This document shows, in pieces, positions 1 through 11,216 of a stretch of 64,000 bases of DNA. Both the position numbers and the translations under genes were made by a program. Source of the DNA: the human T2T-CHM13v2.0 reference genome, Homo sapiens; NCBI RefSeq assembly GCF_009914755.1, contig NC_060930.1. One strand, 5' to 3'. Within the stretch, counting starts at the first letter, position 1, and every line of letters begins with the position of its first letter. The notes beneath the pieces are model-generated. The model made no database searches. It was not told where the DNA came from and saw nothing but the letters and a program-made list of their open reading frames with translations.

Positions 1-210
1 TGTAGTATTTGCATGTGTATATTTAGAGCGCATTGAAGCCCACAGTAGAAAAGGAAATAACTTCACCTAAAACCTAGACAGAAGCAATCTCAGAAACTAC
101 TTTGTGATGTGTACATTCAACTCACAGAGTGGAACTTTCCTCTTTATAGAGCAGTGTTGAAACACTCTTTTTGTAGAAACTGCAAGTGGATATTTGGACC
201 TCTTTGAGGC

Positions 211-227
211 CTTCGTTGGAAACGGGA
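211..227 (+). promoter_or_regulatory. CENP-B box (intact); recurs at the same offset in every HOR unit
   Basis: cttcgttggaaacggga matches the consensus YTTCGTTGGAARCGGGA. Confidence 0.97.
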
Positions 228-550
228 TTTCTTCCTATAACCCTAGACAGAAGAATTTTCAGAAACCTCATTGTGATGTGTGCGTTCATCTCACAGAGTG
301 GAGTCTTCCGTTTGATAGAGAAGTTTTGAAACCCTGTTCTTGTAGGATTTCCAAGTGGATATTTAGACCACTTTGAAGCCTATGATAGAAAAGGAAACAT
401 CTTCATGGAAAACATAGATAGAATCATCCTCAGAAACAACTTTGTGATGTGTGCGTTGAACTCACCGTCTTTAACCTTTCTTTTGGTAGAGAAGTTTTGA
501 AACACTCTCTTTGTAAAGTCTACAAGTGGATATTTTGAGCCCTTGGAGGC

Positions 551-567
551 ATTCTTTGGAAAAGGGA
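551..567 (+). promoter_or_regulatory. Degenerate CENP-B box (both CpGs lost), fixed in all units
   Basis: attctttggaaaaggga at the expected dimer position, 340 bp after 211. Confidence 0.85.
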
Positions 568-721
568 ATGTCTTCACATAAAAGGCAGACGGAAGTGTTC
601 TCAGAAACTGCTTTGTGATGTCTGTGTTCAACTCACAGAGTTTAACATTTCCTTTGATAGAGCGGTTTAGTAACCCTCTCTTTGTAGAATTTGGAAGTGT
701 ATACTAAGAGCGCTTTGAGGC

Positions 722-738
722 CTATGGTAGAAAAGGAA
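722..738 (+). promoter_or_regulatory. pJalpha-type (A-box) motif of A-type monomers (example; similar near 1062 and 1738)
   Basis: ctatggtagaaaaggaa occupies the box-equivalent position in the monomers alternating with CENP-B-box monomers. Confidence 0.75.
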
Positions 739-892
739 ATATCTTTCCATAAAAGCTAGACAGAAGCAATCTCAGAAACTCCTCTGTGATGTCTGCATTC
801 AACTCACCGAGTGGAACATTCCTCTTGAGAGAGCAGTTTGGAAACACTCTTTCTGTAGAATCAGCTTGTTTGTATTTGGACCTCCTTGAGGC

Positions 893-909
893 CTTCGTTG
901 GAAACGGGT
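893..909 (+). promoter_or_regulatory. CENP-B box (core intact, terminal A>T)
   Basis: cttcgttggaaacgggt retains the core TTCG....A..CGGG. Confidence 0.92.
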
Positions 910-1232
910 TTTCATCTTATAAACCCAGACAGAAGAATTCTCAGAGTCTTCTTTGTGATGTGTGCTTTCAACTCACCGAGATAAAGATTTCTCTTGATAG
1001 AGCAATTTGGAAACACTCTTTTTGTAGAATTTGCAAGGGTACATTGAGAGCGCTTTCAGGCCTATGGTAGAAAAGGGAATATCTTTCCATAAAAGGTAGA
1101 CAGAAGCAATCTCAGAAACTACTTTGTGATGTGTGCATTCAACTCACCGAGTGCAACGTTCCTCTTGACCGAGCAGTTTGGAAACATTGTTTCTGTAGAA
1201 TCTGCAAGTGGATATTTGGACCTCTTTGAGGC

Positions 1233-1249
1233 CTTCGTTGGAAACGGGA
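1233..1249 (+). promoter_or_regulatory. CENP-B box (intact)
   Basis: cttcgttggaaacggga. Confidence 0.97.
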
Positions 1250-1321
1250 TTTCTTCCTATAAACCCAGACAGAAGAATTCTCAGAGACTTCTTTGTGATG
1301 TGTGAATTCAACTCACAGTGT

Positions 1322-1327
1322 GGATCC
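1322..1327. other. BamHI site GGATCC, seen once per HOR unit (both L and S)
   Basis: tggatccttcc at 1321; predicts 3.06 and 2.55 kb BamHI fragments, consistent with the classical ~3-kb BamHI D6Z1 repeat. Confidence 0.85.
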
Positions 1328-1572
1328 TTCCTTTTGATAGAGCAGTTTTGAAACCCTGTTTTTGTAGTATTTCCAAGCGGATATTTGGAACGCCTTGAAG
1401 CGTATGGTAGAAAAGGAAATATCTTCCCATAAAACCTAGACAGAACCAATCTCAGAAACGACTTTGTGATGTCTGCATTCAAGTCACAGAGTTGAACATT
1501 TCTCTTGATAGAGCAGTTTTGAAACCCTCTTTCTGAAGGATCTGCAAGTGGATATTTGGAACTCCTTTGGGT

Positions 1573-1589
1573 CTTCGTTGGAAACGGGA
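1573..1589 (+). promoter_or_regulatory. CENP-B box (intact), immediately 5' of the 15-mer deletion breakpoint
   Basis: cttcgttggaaacggga. Confidence 0.97.
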
Positions 1590-1909
1590 TTTCTTCGTAT
1601 AAATCTAGACAGAAGAATTCTCCGAAACTTCTTTGGTTGTGTGCATTCAAGTCACAGAGTGGAACCTTCCTTTGGATAGAGCAGTTTGAAACGCCGTGGT
1701 TGTAGTATTTCCAAGCGGATATTAGAGCGCCTTGAGGCCTATGGTAGAAAAGGAAATATCTTCCCATAAAACCTAGACGGAAGCAATCTCAGAAACTACT
1801 GTGTGATGGCTGCATTCCACACACACGGTGGAACATTTCTCTTGATAGAGCAGTTTTGAAACACTCTTTCTGTAGAATCTGCAAGTGGATAATTGGACCG
1901 CCTTGAGGC

Positions 1910-1926
1910 CTTCGTTGGAAACGGGA
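1910..1926 (+). promoter_or_regulatory. CENP-B box (intact; L units only)
   Basis: cttcgttggaaacggga. Confidence 0.97.
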
Positions 1927-2078
1927 TTTCTTCATGTTACTCTAGATAGAAGAATTCTCAAACACTGCTATGTGATGTTTGCATTCAAGTCACAGAGTGC
2001 AACATTCCTCTTGGTAGAGCAGTTGGGAAACACTCCTTTTGTAGAATCTGCAATGGGATATTTGGACTTCTTTGAGGC

Positions 2079-2095
2079 CTTCGTTGGAAACGGGA
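2079..2095 (+). promoter_or_regulatory. CENP-B box (intact; L units only), only 169 bp from the previous box
   Basis: cttcgttggaaacggga. Confidence 0.97.
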
Positions 2096-2418
2096 TTTCT
2101 TCGTATGAATCTAGACAGAAGAATTCTCAGAAACTTCCTTGTGATGTGTGCATTCAACTCAGCGAGTGGCACCTTCCTTTGGATACAGCAGTTTTGAAAC
2201 ACTGTTTTTGTAGTATTTCCAAGCGGATATTTAGAGCGCCTTGAAGCCTATGCTAGAAATGGAAATATCTCCCCATAAAACCAAGACAGAAGCAATCTCA
2301 GAAACTAATGTGTGATGGCTGCATTCCACACACACGGTGGACCATTTCTCTTGATAGAGCAGTTATGAAACACTCTTTCTGTAGAATCTGCAAGTGGATA
2401 ATTGGACCTCCTAGAGGC

Positions 2419-2435
2419 CTTCGTTGGAAACGGGA
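2419..2435 (+). promoter_or_regulatory. CENP-B box (intact)
   Basis: cttcgttggaaacggga. Confidence 0.97.
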
Positions 2436-2757
2436 TTTCTTCATCTAAACCTACAGAGAAGAATTCTCAGTAACTTCTTCGGATGTGTGCATTCGACGCA
2501 CAGAATGGAACATTCCCTTTGATAGAGCAGTTTTGAGACACCGTTTTTGTAGAATTCCCAAGTGGATATTTAGAGCACTTTGAAGTCTCTGCTAGAAAAG
2601 GAAACATCTTCATGTAAAAAGTAGATAGAATCGTTCTCAGAAAGTGCTTAGTGACGTGTGCGTTCAACTCACAGAGTTTAACGTTTCTTTTGATAGAGCG
2701 TTTCTGAAACACCCTTCTTGTAGTAGCTGCAAGTGGATATTTGGACCTATTGGAGGC

Positions 2758-2774
2758 CTTCTTTGGAAATGGGA
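2758..2774 (+). promoter_or_regulatory. Degenerate CENP-B box (TTCT and TGGG)
   Basis: cttctttggaaatggga; U17 and U23 carry cttctttggaaacggga here. Confidence 0.85.
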
Positions 2775-3057
2775 TTTCTTCATGTAACTCTAGATTGAAG
2801 AGTTCTCAGAAACTCCTTTGTGATGTGTGCATTCAATTCAAAGAGTGAAACCTCCCTTTTCACAGAGCAGTTTTGAAACACTGTTTTTGTAGGATTTCCA
2901 AGGGGATATTTATAGCGCATTGAGCCTACGGCGGAAAAAGAAACATCTTCCTATAAAAACTAGACAGAATACTTCTCAGAATCTGCTTTGCGATGTGTGC
3001 GTTCAACTCACAGAGTAAAACTTTTCTTTTGATAGAGCAGTTTTGAAACACTCTTTT

Positions 3058-5608
3058 TGTAGTATTTGCATGTGTATATTTAGAGCGCATTGAAGCCCAC
3101 AGTAGAAAAGGAAATAACTTCACCTAAAACCTAGACAGAAGCAATCTCAGAAACTACTTTGTGATGTGTACATTCAACTCACAGAGTGGAACTTTCCTCT
3201 TTATAGAGCAGTGTTGAAACACTCTTTTTGTAGAAACTGCAAGTGGATATTTGGACCTCTTTGAGGCCTTCGTTGGAAACGGGATTTCTTCCTATAACCC
3301 TAGACAGAAGAATTTTCAGAAACCTCATTGTGATGTGTGCGTTCATCTCACAGAGTGGAGTCTTCCGTTTGATAGAGAAGTTTTGAAACCCTGTTCTTGT
3401 AGGATTTCCAAGTGGATATTTAGACCACTTTGAAGCCTATGATAGAAAAGGAAACATCTTCATGGAAAACATACATAGAATCATCCTCAGAAACAACTTT
3501 GTGATGTGTGCGTTGAACTCACCGTCTTTAACCTTTCTTTTGGTAGAGAAGTTTTGAAACACTCTCTTTGTAAAGTCTACAAGTGGATATTTTGAGCCCT
3601 TGGAGGCATTCTTTGGAAAAGGGAATGTCTTCACATAAAAGGCAGACGGAAGTGTTCTCAGAAACTGCTTTGTGATGTCTGTGTTCAACTCACAGAGTTT
3701 AACATTTCCTTTGATAGAGCGGTTTAGTAACCCTCTCTTTGTAGAATTTGGAAGTGTATACTAAGAGCGCTTTGAGGCCTATGGTAGAAAAGGAAATATC
3801 TTTCCATAAAAGCTAGACAGAAGCAATCTCAGAAACTCCTCTGTGATGTCTGCATTCAACTCACCGAGTGGAACATTCCTCTTGAGAGAGCAGTTTGGAA
3901 ACACTCTTTCTGTAGAATCAGCTTGTTTGTATTTGGACCTCCTTGAGGCCTTCGTTGGAAACGGGTTTTCATCTTATAAACCCAGACAGAAGAATTCTCA
4001 GAGTCTTCTTTGTGATGTGTGCTTTCAACTCACCGAGATAAAGATTTCTCTTGATAGAGCAATTTGGAAACACTCTTTTTGTAGAATTTGCAAGGGTACA
4101 TTGAGAGCGCTTTCAGGCCTATGGTAGAAAAGGGAATATCTTTCCATAAAAGGTAGACAGAAGCAATCTCAGAAACTACTTTGTGATGTGTGCATTCAAC
4201 TCACCGAGTGCAACGTTCCTCTTGACCGAGCAGTTTGGAAACATTGTTTCTGTAGAATCTGCAAGTGGATATTTGGACCTCTTTGAGGCCTTCGTTGGAA
4301 ACGGGATTTCTTCCTATAAACCCAGACAGAAGAATTCTCAGAGACTTCTTTGTGATGTGTGAATTCAACTCACAGTGTGGATCCTTCCTTTTGATAGAGC
4401 AGTTTTGAAACCCTGTTTTTGTAGTATTTCCAAGCGGATATTTGGAACGCCTTGAAGCGTATGGTAGAAAAGGAAATATCTTCCCATAAAACCTAGACAG
4501 AACCAATCTCAGAAACGACTTTGTGATGTCTGCATTCAAGTCACAGAGTTGAACATTTCTCTTGATAGAGCAGTTTTGAAACCCTCTTTCTGAAGGATCT
4601 GCAAGTGGATATTTGGAACTCCTTTGGGTCTTCGTTGGAAACGGGATTTCTTCGTATAAATCTAGACAGAAGAATTCTCAGAAACTTCCTTGTGATGTGT
4701 GCATTCAACTCAGCGAGTGGCACCTTCCTTTGGATACAGCAGTTTTGAAACACTGTTTTTGTAGTATTTCCAAGCGGATATTTAGAGCGCCTTGAAGCCT
4801 ATGCTAGAAATGGAAATATCTCCCCATAAAACCAAGACGGAAGCAATCTCAGAAACTAATGTGTGATGGCTGCATTCCACACACACGGTGGACCATTTCT
4901 CTTGATAGAGCAGTTTTGAAACACTCTTTCTGTAGAATCTGCAAGTGGATAATTGGACCTCCTAGAGGCCTTCGTTGGAAACGGGATTTCTTCATCTAAA
5001 CCTACAGAGAAGTATTCTCAGTAACTTCTTCGGATGTGTGCATTCGACGCACAGAATGGAACATTCCCTTTGATAGAGCAGTTTTGAGACACCGTTTTTG
5101 TAGAATTCCCAAGTGGATATTTAGAGCACTTTGAAGTCTCTGCTAGAAAAGGAAACATCTTCATGTAAAAAGTAGATAGAATCGTTCTCAGAAAGTGCTT
5201 AGTGTCGTGTGCGTTCAACTCACAGAGTTTAACGTTTCTTTTGATAGAGCGTTTCTGAAACACCCTTCTTGTAGTAGCTGCAAGTGGATATTTGGACCTA
5301 TTGGAGGCCTTCTTTGGAAATGGGATTTCTTCATGTAACTCTAGATTGAAGAATTCTCAGAAACTCCTTTGTGATGTGTGCATTCAATTCAAAGAGTGAA
5401 ACCTCTCTTTTCACAGAGCAGTTTTGAAACACTGTTTTTGTAGGATTTCCAAGGGGATATTTATAGCGCATTGAGCCTACGGCGGAAAAAGAAACATCTT
5501 CCTATAAAAACTAGACAGAATACTTCTCAGAATCTGCTTTGCGATGTGTGCGTTCAACTCACAGAGTAAAACTTTTCTTTTGATAGAGCAGTTTTGAAAC
5601 ACTCTTTT
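3058..5608 (+). repeat. HOR unit U2, 15-mer (S, 2551 bp)
   Basis: Marker ORF spacing 3251->5802; fusion junction at 4659-4679. Confidence 0.97.
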
Positions 5609-8600
5609 TGTAGTATTTGCATGTGTATATTTAGAGCGCATTGAAGCCCACAGTAGAAAAGGAAATAACTTCACCTAAAACCTAGACAGAAGCAATCTCA
5701 GAAACTACTTTGTGATGTGTACATTCAACTCACAGAGTGGAACTTTCCTCTTTATAGAGCAGTGTTGAAACACTCTTTTTGTAGAAACTGCAAGTGGATA
5801 TTTGGACCTCTTTGAGGCCTTCGTTGGAAACGGGATTTCTTCCTATAACCCTAGACAGAAGAATTTTCAGAAACCTCATTGTGATGTGTGCGTTCATCTC
5901 ACAGAGTGGAGTCTTCCGTTTGATAGAGAAGTTTTGAAACCCTGTTCTTGTAGGATTTCCAAGTGGATATTTAGACCACTTTGAAGCCTATGATAGAAAA
6001 GGAAACATCTTCATGGAAAACATAGATAGAATCATCCTCAGAAACAACTTTGTGATGTGTGCGTTGAACTCACCGTCTTTAACCTTTCTTTTGGTAGAGA
6101 AGTTTTGAAACACTCTCTTTGTAAAGTCTACAAGTGGATATTTTGAGCCCTTGGAGGCATTCTTTGGAAAAGGGAATGTCTTCACATAAAAGGCAGACGG
6201 AAGTGTTCTCAGAAACTGCTTTGTGATGTCTGTGTTCAACTCACAGAGTTTAACATTTCCTTTGATAGAGCGGTTTAGTAACCCTCTCTTTGTAGAATTT
6301 GGAAGTGTATACTAAGAGCGCTTTGAGGCCTATGGTAGAAAAGGAAATATCTTTCCATAAAAGCTAGACAGAAGCAATCTCAGAAACTCCTCTGTGATGT
6401 CTGCATTCAACTCACCGAGTGGAACATTCCTCTTGAGAGAGCAGTTTGGAAACACTCTTTCTGTAGAATCAGCTTGTTTGTATTTGGACCTCCTTGAGGC
6501 CTTCGTTGGAAACGGGTTTTCATCTTATAAACCCAGACAGAAGAATTCTCAGAGTCTTCTTTGTGATGTGTGCTTTCAACTCACCGAGATAAAGATTTCT
6601 CTTGATAGAGCAATTTGGAAACACTCTTTTTGTAGAATTTGCAAGGGTACATTGAGAGCGCTTTCAGGCCTATGGTAGAAAAGGGAATATCTTTCCATAA
6701 AAGGTAGACAGAAGCAATCTCAGAAACTACTTTGTGATGTGTGCATTCAACTCACCGAGTGCAACGTTCCTCTTGACCGAGCAGTTTGGAAACATTGTTT
6801 CTGTAGAATCTGCAAGTGGATATTTGGACCTCTTTGAGGCCTTCGTTGGAAACGGGATTTCTTCCTATAAACCCAGACAGAAGAATTCTCAGAGACTTCT
6901 TTGTGATGTGTGAATTCAACTCACAGTGTGGATCCTTCCTTTTGATAGAGCAGTTTTGAAACCCTGTTTTTGTAGTATTTCCAAGCGGATATTTGGAACG
7001 CCTTGAAGCGTATGGTAGAAAAGGAAATATCTTCCCATAAAACCTAGACAGAACCAATCTCAGAAACGACTTTGTGATGTCTGCATTCAACTCACAGAGT
7101 TGAACATTTCTCTTGATAGAGCAGTTTTGAAACCCTCTTTCTGAAGGATCTGCAAGTGGATATTTGGAACTCCTTTGGGTCTTCGTTGGAAACGGGATTT
7201 CTTCGTATAAATCTAGACAGAAGAATTCTCCGAAACTTCTTTGGTTGTGTGCATTCAAGTCACAGAGTGGAACCTTCCTTTGGATAGAGCAGTTTGAAAC
7301 GCCGTGGTTGTAGTATTTCCAAGCGGATATTAGAGCGCCTTGAGGCCTATGGTAGAAAAGGAAATATCTTCCCATAAAACCTAGACGGAAGCAATCTCAG
7401 AAACTACTGTGTGATGGCTGCATTCCACACACACGGTGGAACATTTCTCTTGATAGAGCAGTTTTGAAACACTCTTTCTGTAGAATCTGCAAGTGGATAA
7501 TTGGACCGCCTTGAGGCCTTCGTTGGAAACGGGATTTCTTCATGTTACTCTAGATAGAAGAATTCTCAAACACTGCTATGTGATGTTTGCATTCAAGTCA
7601 CAGAGTGCAACATTCCTCTTGGTAGAGCAGTTGGGAAACACTCCTTTTGTAGAATCTGCAATGGGATATTTGGACTTCTTTGAGGCCTTCGTTGGAAACG
7701 GGATTACTTCGTATGAATCTAGACAGAAGAATTCTCAGAAACTTCCTTGTGATGTGTGCATTCAACTCAGCGAGTGGCACCTTCCTTTGGATACAGCAGT
7801 TTTGAAACACTGTTTTTGTAGTATTTCCAAGCGGATATTTAGAGCGCCTTGAAGCCTATGCTAGAAATGGAAATATCTCCCCATAAAACCAAGACAGAAG
7901 CAATCTCAGAAACTAATGTGTGATGGCTGCATTCCACACACACGGTGGACCATTTCTCTTGATAGAGCAGTTTTGAAACACTCTTTCTGTAGAATCTGCA
8001 AGTGGATAATTGGACCTCCTAGAGGCCTTCGTTGGAAACGGGATTTCTTCATCTAAACCTACAGAGAAGAATTCTCAGTAACTTCTTCGGATGTGTGCAT
8101 TCGACGCACAGAATGGAACATTCCCTTTGATAGAGCAGTTTTGAGACACCGTTTTTGTAGAATTCCCAAGTGGATATTTAGAGCACTTTGAAGTCTCTGC
8201 TAGAAAAGGAAACAACTTCATGTAAAAAGTAGATAGAACCGTTCTCAGAAAGTGCTTAGTGACGTGTGCGTTCAACTCACAGAGTTTAACGTTTCTTTTG
8301 ATAGAGCGTTTCTGAAACACCCTTCTTGTAGTAGCTGCAAGTGGATATTTGGACCTATTGGAGGCCTTCTTTGGAAATGGGATTTCTTCATGTAACTCTA
8401 GATTGAAGAGTTCTCAGAAACTCCTTTGTGATGTGTGCATTCAATTCAAAGAGTGAAACCTCCCTTTTCACAGAGCAGTTTTGAAACACTGTTTTTGTAG
8501 GATTTCCAAGGGGATATTTATAGCGCATTGAGCCTACGGCGGAAAAAGAAATATCTTCCTATAAAAACTAGAGAGAATACTTCTCAGAATCTGCTTTGCG

Positions 8601-8665
8601 ATGTGTGCGTTCAACTCACAGAGTAAAACTTTTCTTTTGATAGAGCAGTTTTGAAACACTCTTTT
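5609..8665 (+). repeat. HOR unit U3, 18-mer (L)
   Basis: Spacing 5802->8859 = 3057. Confidence 0.97.
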
Positions 8666-11216
8666 TGTAGTATTTGCATGTGTATATTTAGAGCGCATTG
8701 AAGCCCACAGTAGAAAAGGAAATAACTTCACCTAAAACCTAGACAGAAGCAATCTCAGAAACTACTTTGTGATGTGTACATTCAACTCACAGAGTGGAAC
8801 TTTCCTCTTTATAGAGCAGTGTTGAAACACTCTTTTTGTAGAAACTGCAAGTGGATATTTGGACCTCTTTGAGGCCTTCGTTGGAAACGGGATTTCTTCC
8901 TATAACCCTAGACAGAAGAATTTTCAGAAACCTCATTGTGATGTGTGCGTTCATCTCACAGAGTGGAGTCTTCCGTTTGATAGAGAAGTTTTGAAACCCT
9001 GTTCTTGTAGGATTTCCAAGTGGATATTTAGACCACTTTGAAGCCTATGATAGAAAAGGAAACATCTTCATGGAAAACATAGATAGAATCATTCTCAGAA
9101 ACAACTTTGTGATGTGTGCGTTGAACTCACCGTCTTTAACCTTTCTTTTGGTAGAGAAGTTTTGAAACACTCTCTTTGTAAAGTCTACAAGTGGATATTT
9201 TGAGCCCTTGGAGGCATTCTTTGGAAAAGGGAATGTCTTCACATAAAAGGCAGACGGAAGTGTTCTCAGAAACTGCTTTGTGATGTCTGTGTTCAACTCA
9301 CAGAGTTTAACATTTCCTTTGATAGAGCGGTTTAGTAACCCTCTCTTTGTAGAATTTGGAAGTGTATACTAAGAGCGCTTTGAGGCCTATGGTAGAAAAG
9401 GAAATATCTTTCCATAAAAGCTAGACAGAAGCAATCTCGGAAACTCCTTTGTGATGTCTGCATTCAACTCACCGAGTGGAACATTCCTCTTGATAGAGCA
9501 GTTTGGAAACACTCTTTCTGTAGAATCAGCTTGTTTGTATTTGGACCTCCTTGAGGCCTTCGTTGGAAACGGGTTTTCATCTTATAAACCCAGACAGAAG
9601 AATTCTCAGAGTCTTCTTTGTGATGTGTGCTTTCAACTCACCGAGATAAAGATTTCTCTTGATAGAGCAATTTGGAAACACTCTTTTTGTAGAATTTGCA
9701 AGGGTATATTGAGAGCGCTTTCAGGCCTATGGTAGAAAAGGGAATATCTTTCCATAAAAGGTAGACAGAAGCAATCTCAGAAACTACTTTGTGATGTGTG
9801 CATTCAACTCACCGAGTGCAACGTTCCTCTTGACCGAGCAGTTTGGAAACATTGTTTCTGTAGAATCTGCAAGTGGATATTTGGACCTCTTTGAGGCCTT
9901 CGTTGGAAACGGGATTTCTTCCTATAAACCCAGACAGAAGAATTCTCAGAGACTTCTTTGTGATGTGTGAATTCAACTCACAGTGTGGATCCTTCCTTTT
10001 GATAGAGCAGTTTTGAAACCCTGTTTTTGTAGTATTTCCAAGCGGATATTTGGAACGCCTTGAAGCGTATGGTAGAAAAGGAAATATCTTCCCATAAAAC
10101 CTAGACAGAACCAATCTCAGAAACGACTTTGTGATGTCTGCATTCAAGTCACAGAGTTGAACATTTCTCTTGATAGAGCAGTTTTGAAACCCTCTTTCTG
10201 AAGGATCTGCAAGTGGATATTTGGAACTCCTTTGGGTCTTCGTTGGAAACGGGATTTCTTCGTATAAATCTAGACAGAAGAATTCTCAGAAACTTCCTTG
10301 TGATGTGTGCATTCAACTCAGCGAGTGGCACCTTCCTTTGGATACAGCAGTTTTGAAACACTGTTTTTGTAGTATTTCCAAGCGGATATTTAGAGCGCCT
10401 TGAAGCCTATGCTAGAAATGGAAATATCTCCCCATAAAACCAAGACAGAAGCAATCTCAGAAACTAATGTGTGATGGCTGCATTCCACACACACGGTGGA
10501 CCATTTCTCTTGATAGAGCAGTTTTGAAACACTCTTTCTGTAGAATCTGCAAGTGGATAATTGGACCTCCTAGAGGCCTTCGTTGGAAACGGGATTTCTT
10601 CATCTAAACCTACAGAGAAGTATTCTCAGTAACTTCTTCGGATGTGTGCATTCGACGCACAGAATGGAACATTCCCTTTGATAGAGCAGTTTTGAGACAC
10701 CGTTTTTGTAGAATTCCCAAGTGGATATTTAGAGCACTTTGAAGTCTCTGCTAGAAAAGGAAACATCTTCATGTAAAAAGTAGATAGAATCGTTCTCAGA
10801 AAGTGCTTAGTGTCGTGTGCGTTCAACTCACAGAGTTTAACGTTTCTTTTGATAGAGCGTTTCTGAAACACCCTTCTTGTAGTAGCTGCAAGTGGATATT
10901 TGGACCTATTGGAGGCCTTCTTTGGAAATGGGATTTCTTCATGTAACTCTAGATTGAAGAGTTCTCAGAAACTCCTTTGTGATGTGTGCATTCAATTCAA
11001 AGAGTGAAACCTCCCTTTTCACAGAGCAGTTTTGAAACACTGTTTTTGTAGGATTTCCAAGGGGATATTTATAGCGCATTGAGCCTACGGCGGAAAAAGA
11101 AACATCTTCCTATAAAAACTAGAGAGAATACTTCTCAGAATCTGCTTTGCGATGTGTGCGTTCAACTCACAGAGTAAAACTTTTCTTTTGATAGAGCAGT
11201 TTTGAAACACTCTTTT
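8666..11216 (+). repeat. HOR unit U4, 15-mer (S), divergent 5' part
   Basis: Spacing 8859->11410 = 2551. Confidence 0.97.

Larger units (their letters stand above)
1623..2128 (+). repeat. 506-bp three-monomer segment present in 18-mers and absent in 15-mers
   Basis: 3057-2551 = 506; bounded by the direct repeat aatctagacagaagaattctc (1602-1622 and 2108-2128). Confidence 0.95.
1..3057 (+). repeat. HOR unit U1, 18-mer (L, 3057 bp); phase arbitrarily set at window start
   Basis: tgtagtatttgcatgtgtat at 1 recurs at 3058; contains the 506-bp segment 1623-2128. Confidence 0.97.

Noticed and set aside
1144-1767. Longest ORF (207 aa, minus strand), present only in L units, versus 112 aa in S units
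   Set aside because: The length difference simply follows the 506-bp deletion. The peptide is internally repetitive at the monomer period, and its conservation reflects array homogenisation.
1815-1830. (CA)n microsatellite-like ccacacacacgg
   Set aside because: Only about 4 repeats, invariant across units; it is a monomer-specific variant of caactcacag.
211-2435. Regularly spaced conserved 17-30 bp motifs resembling a CRISPR repeat-spacer array
   Set aside because: The motifs are CENP-B boxes. The intervening sequences are homologous monomers rather than unique spacers, and there are no cas genes.
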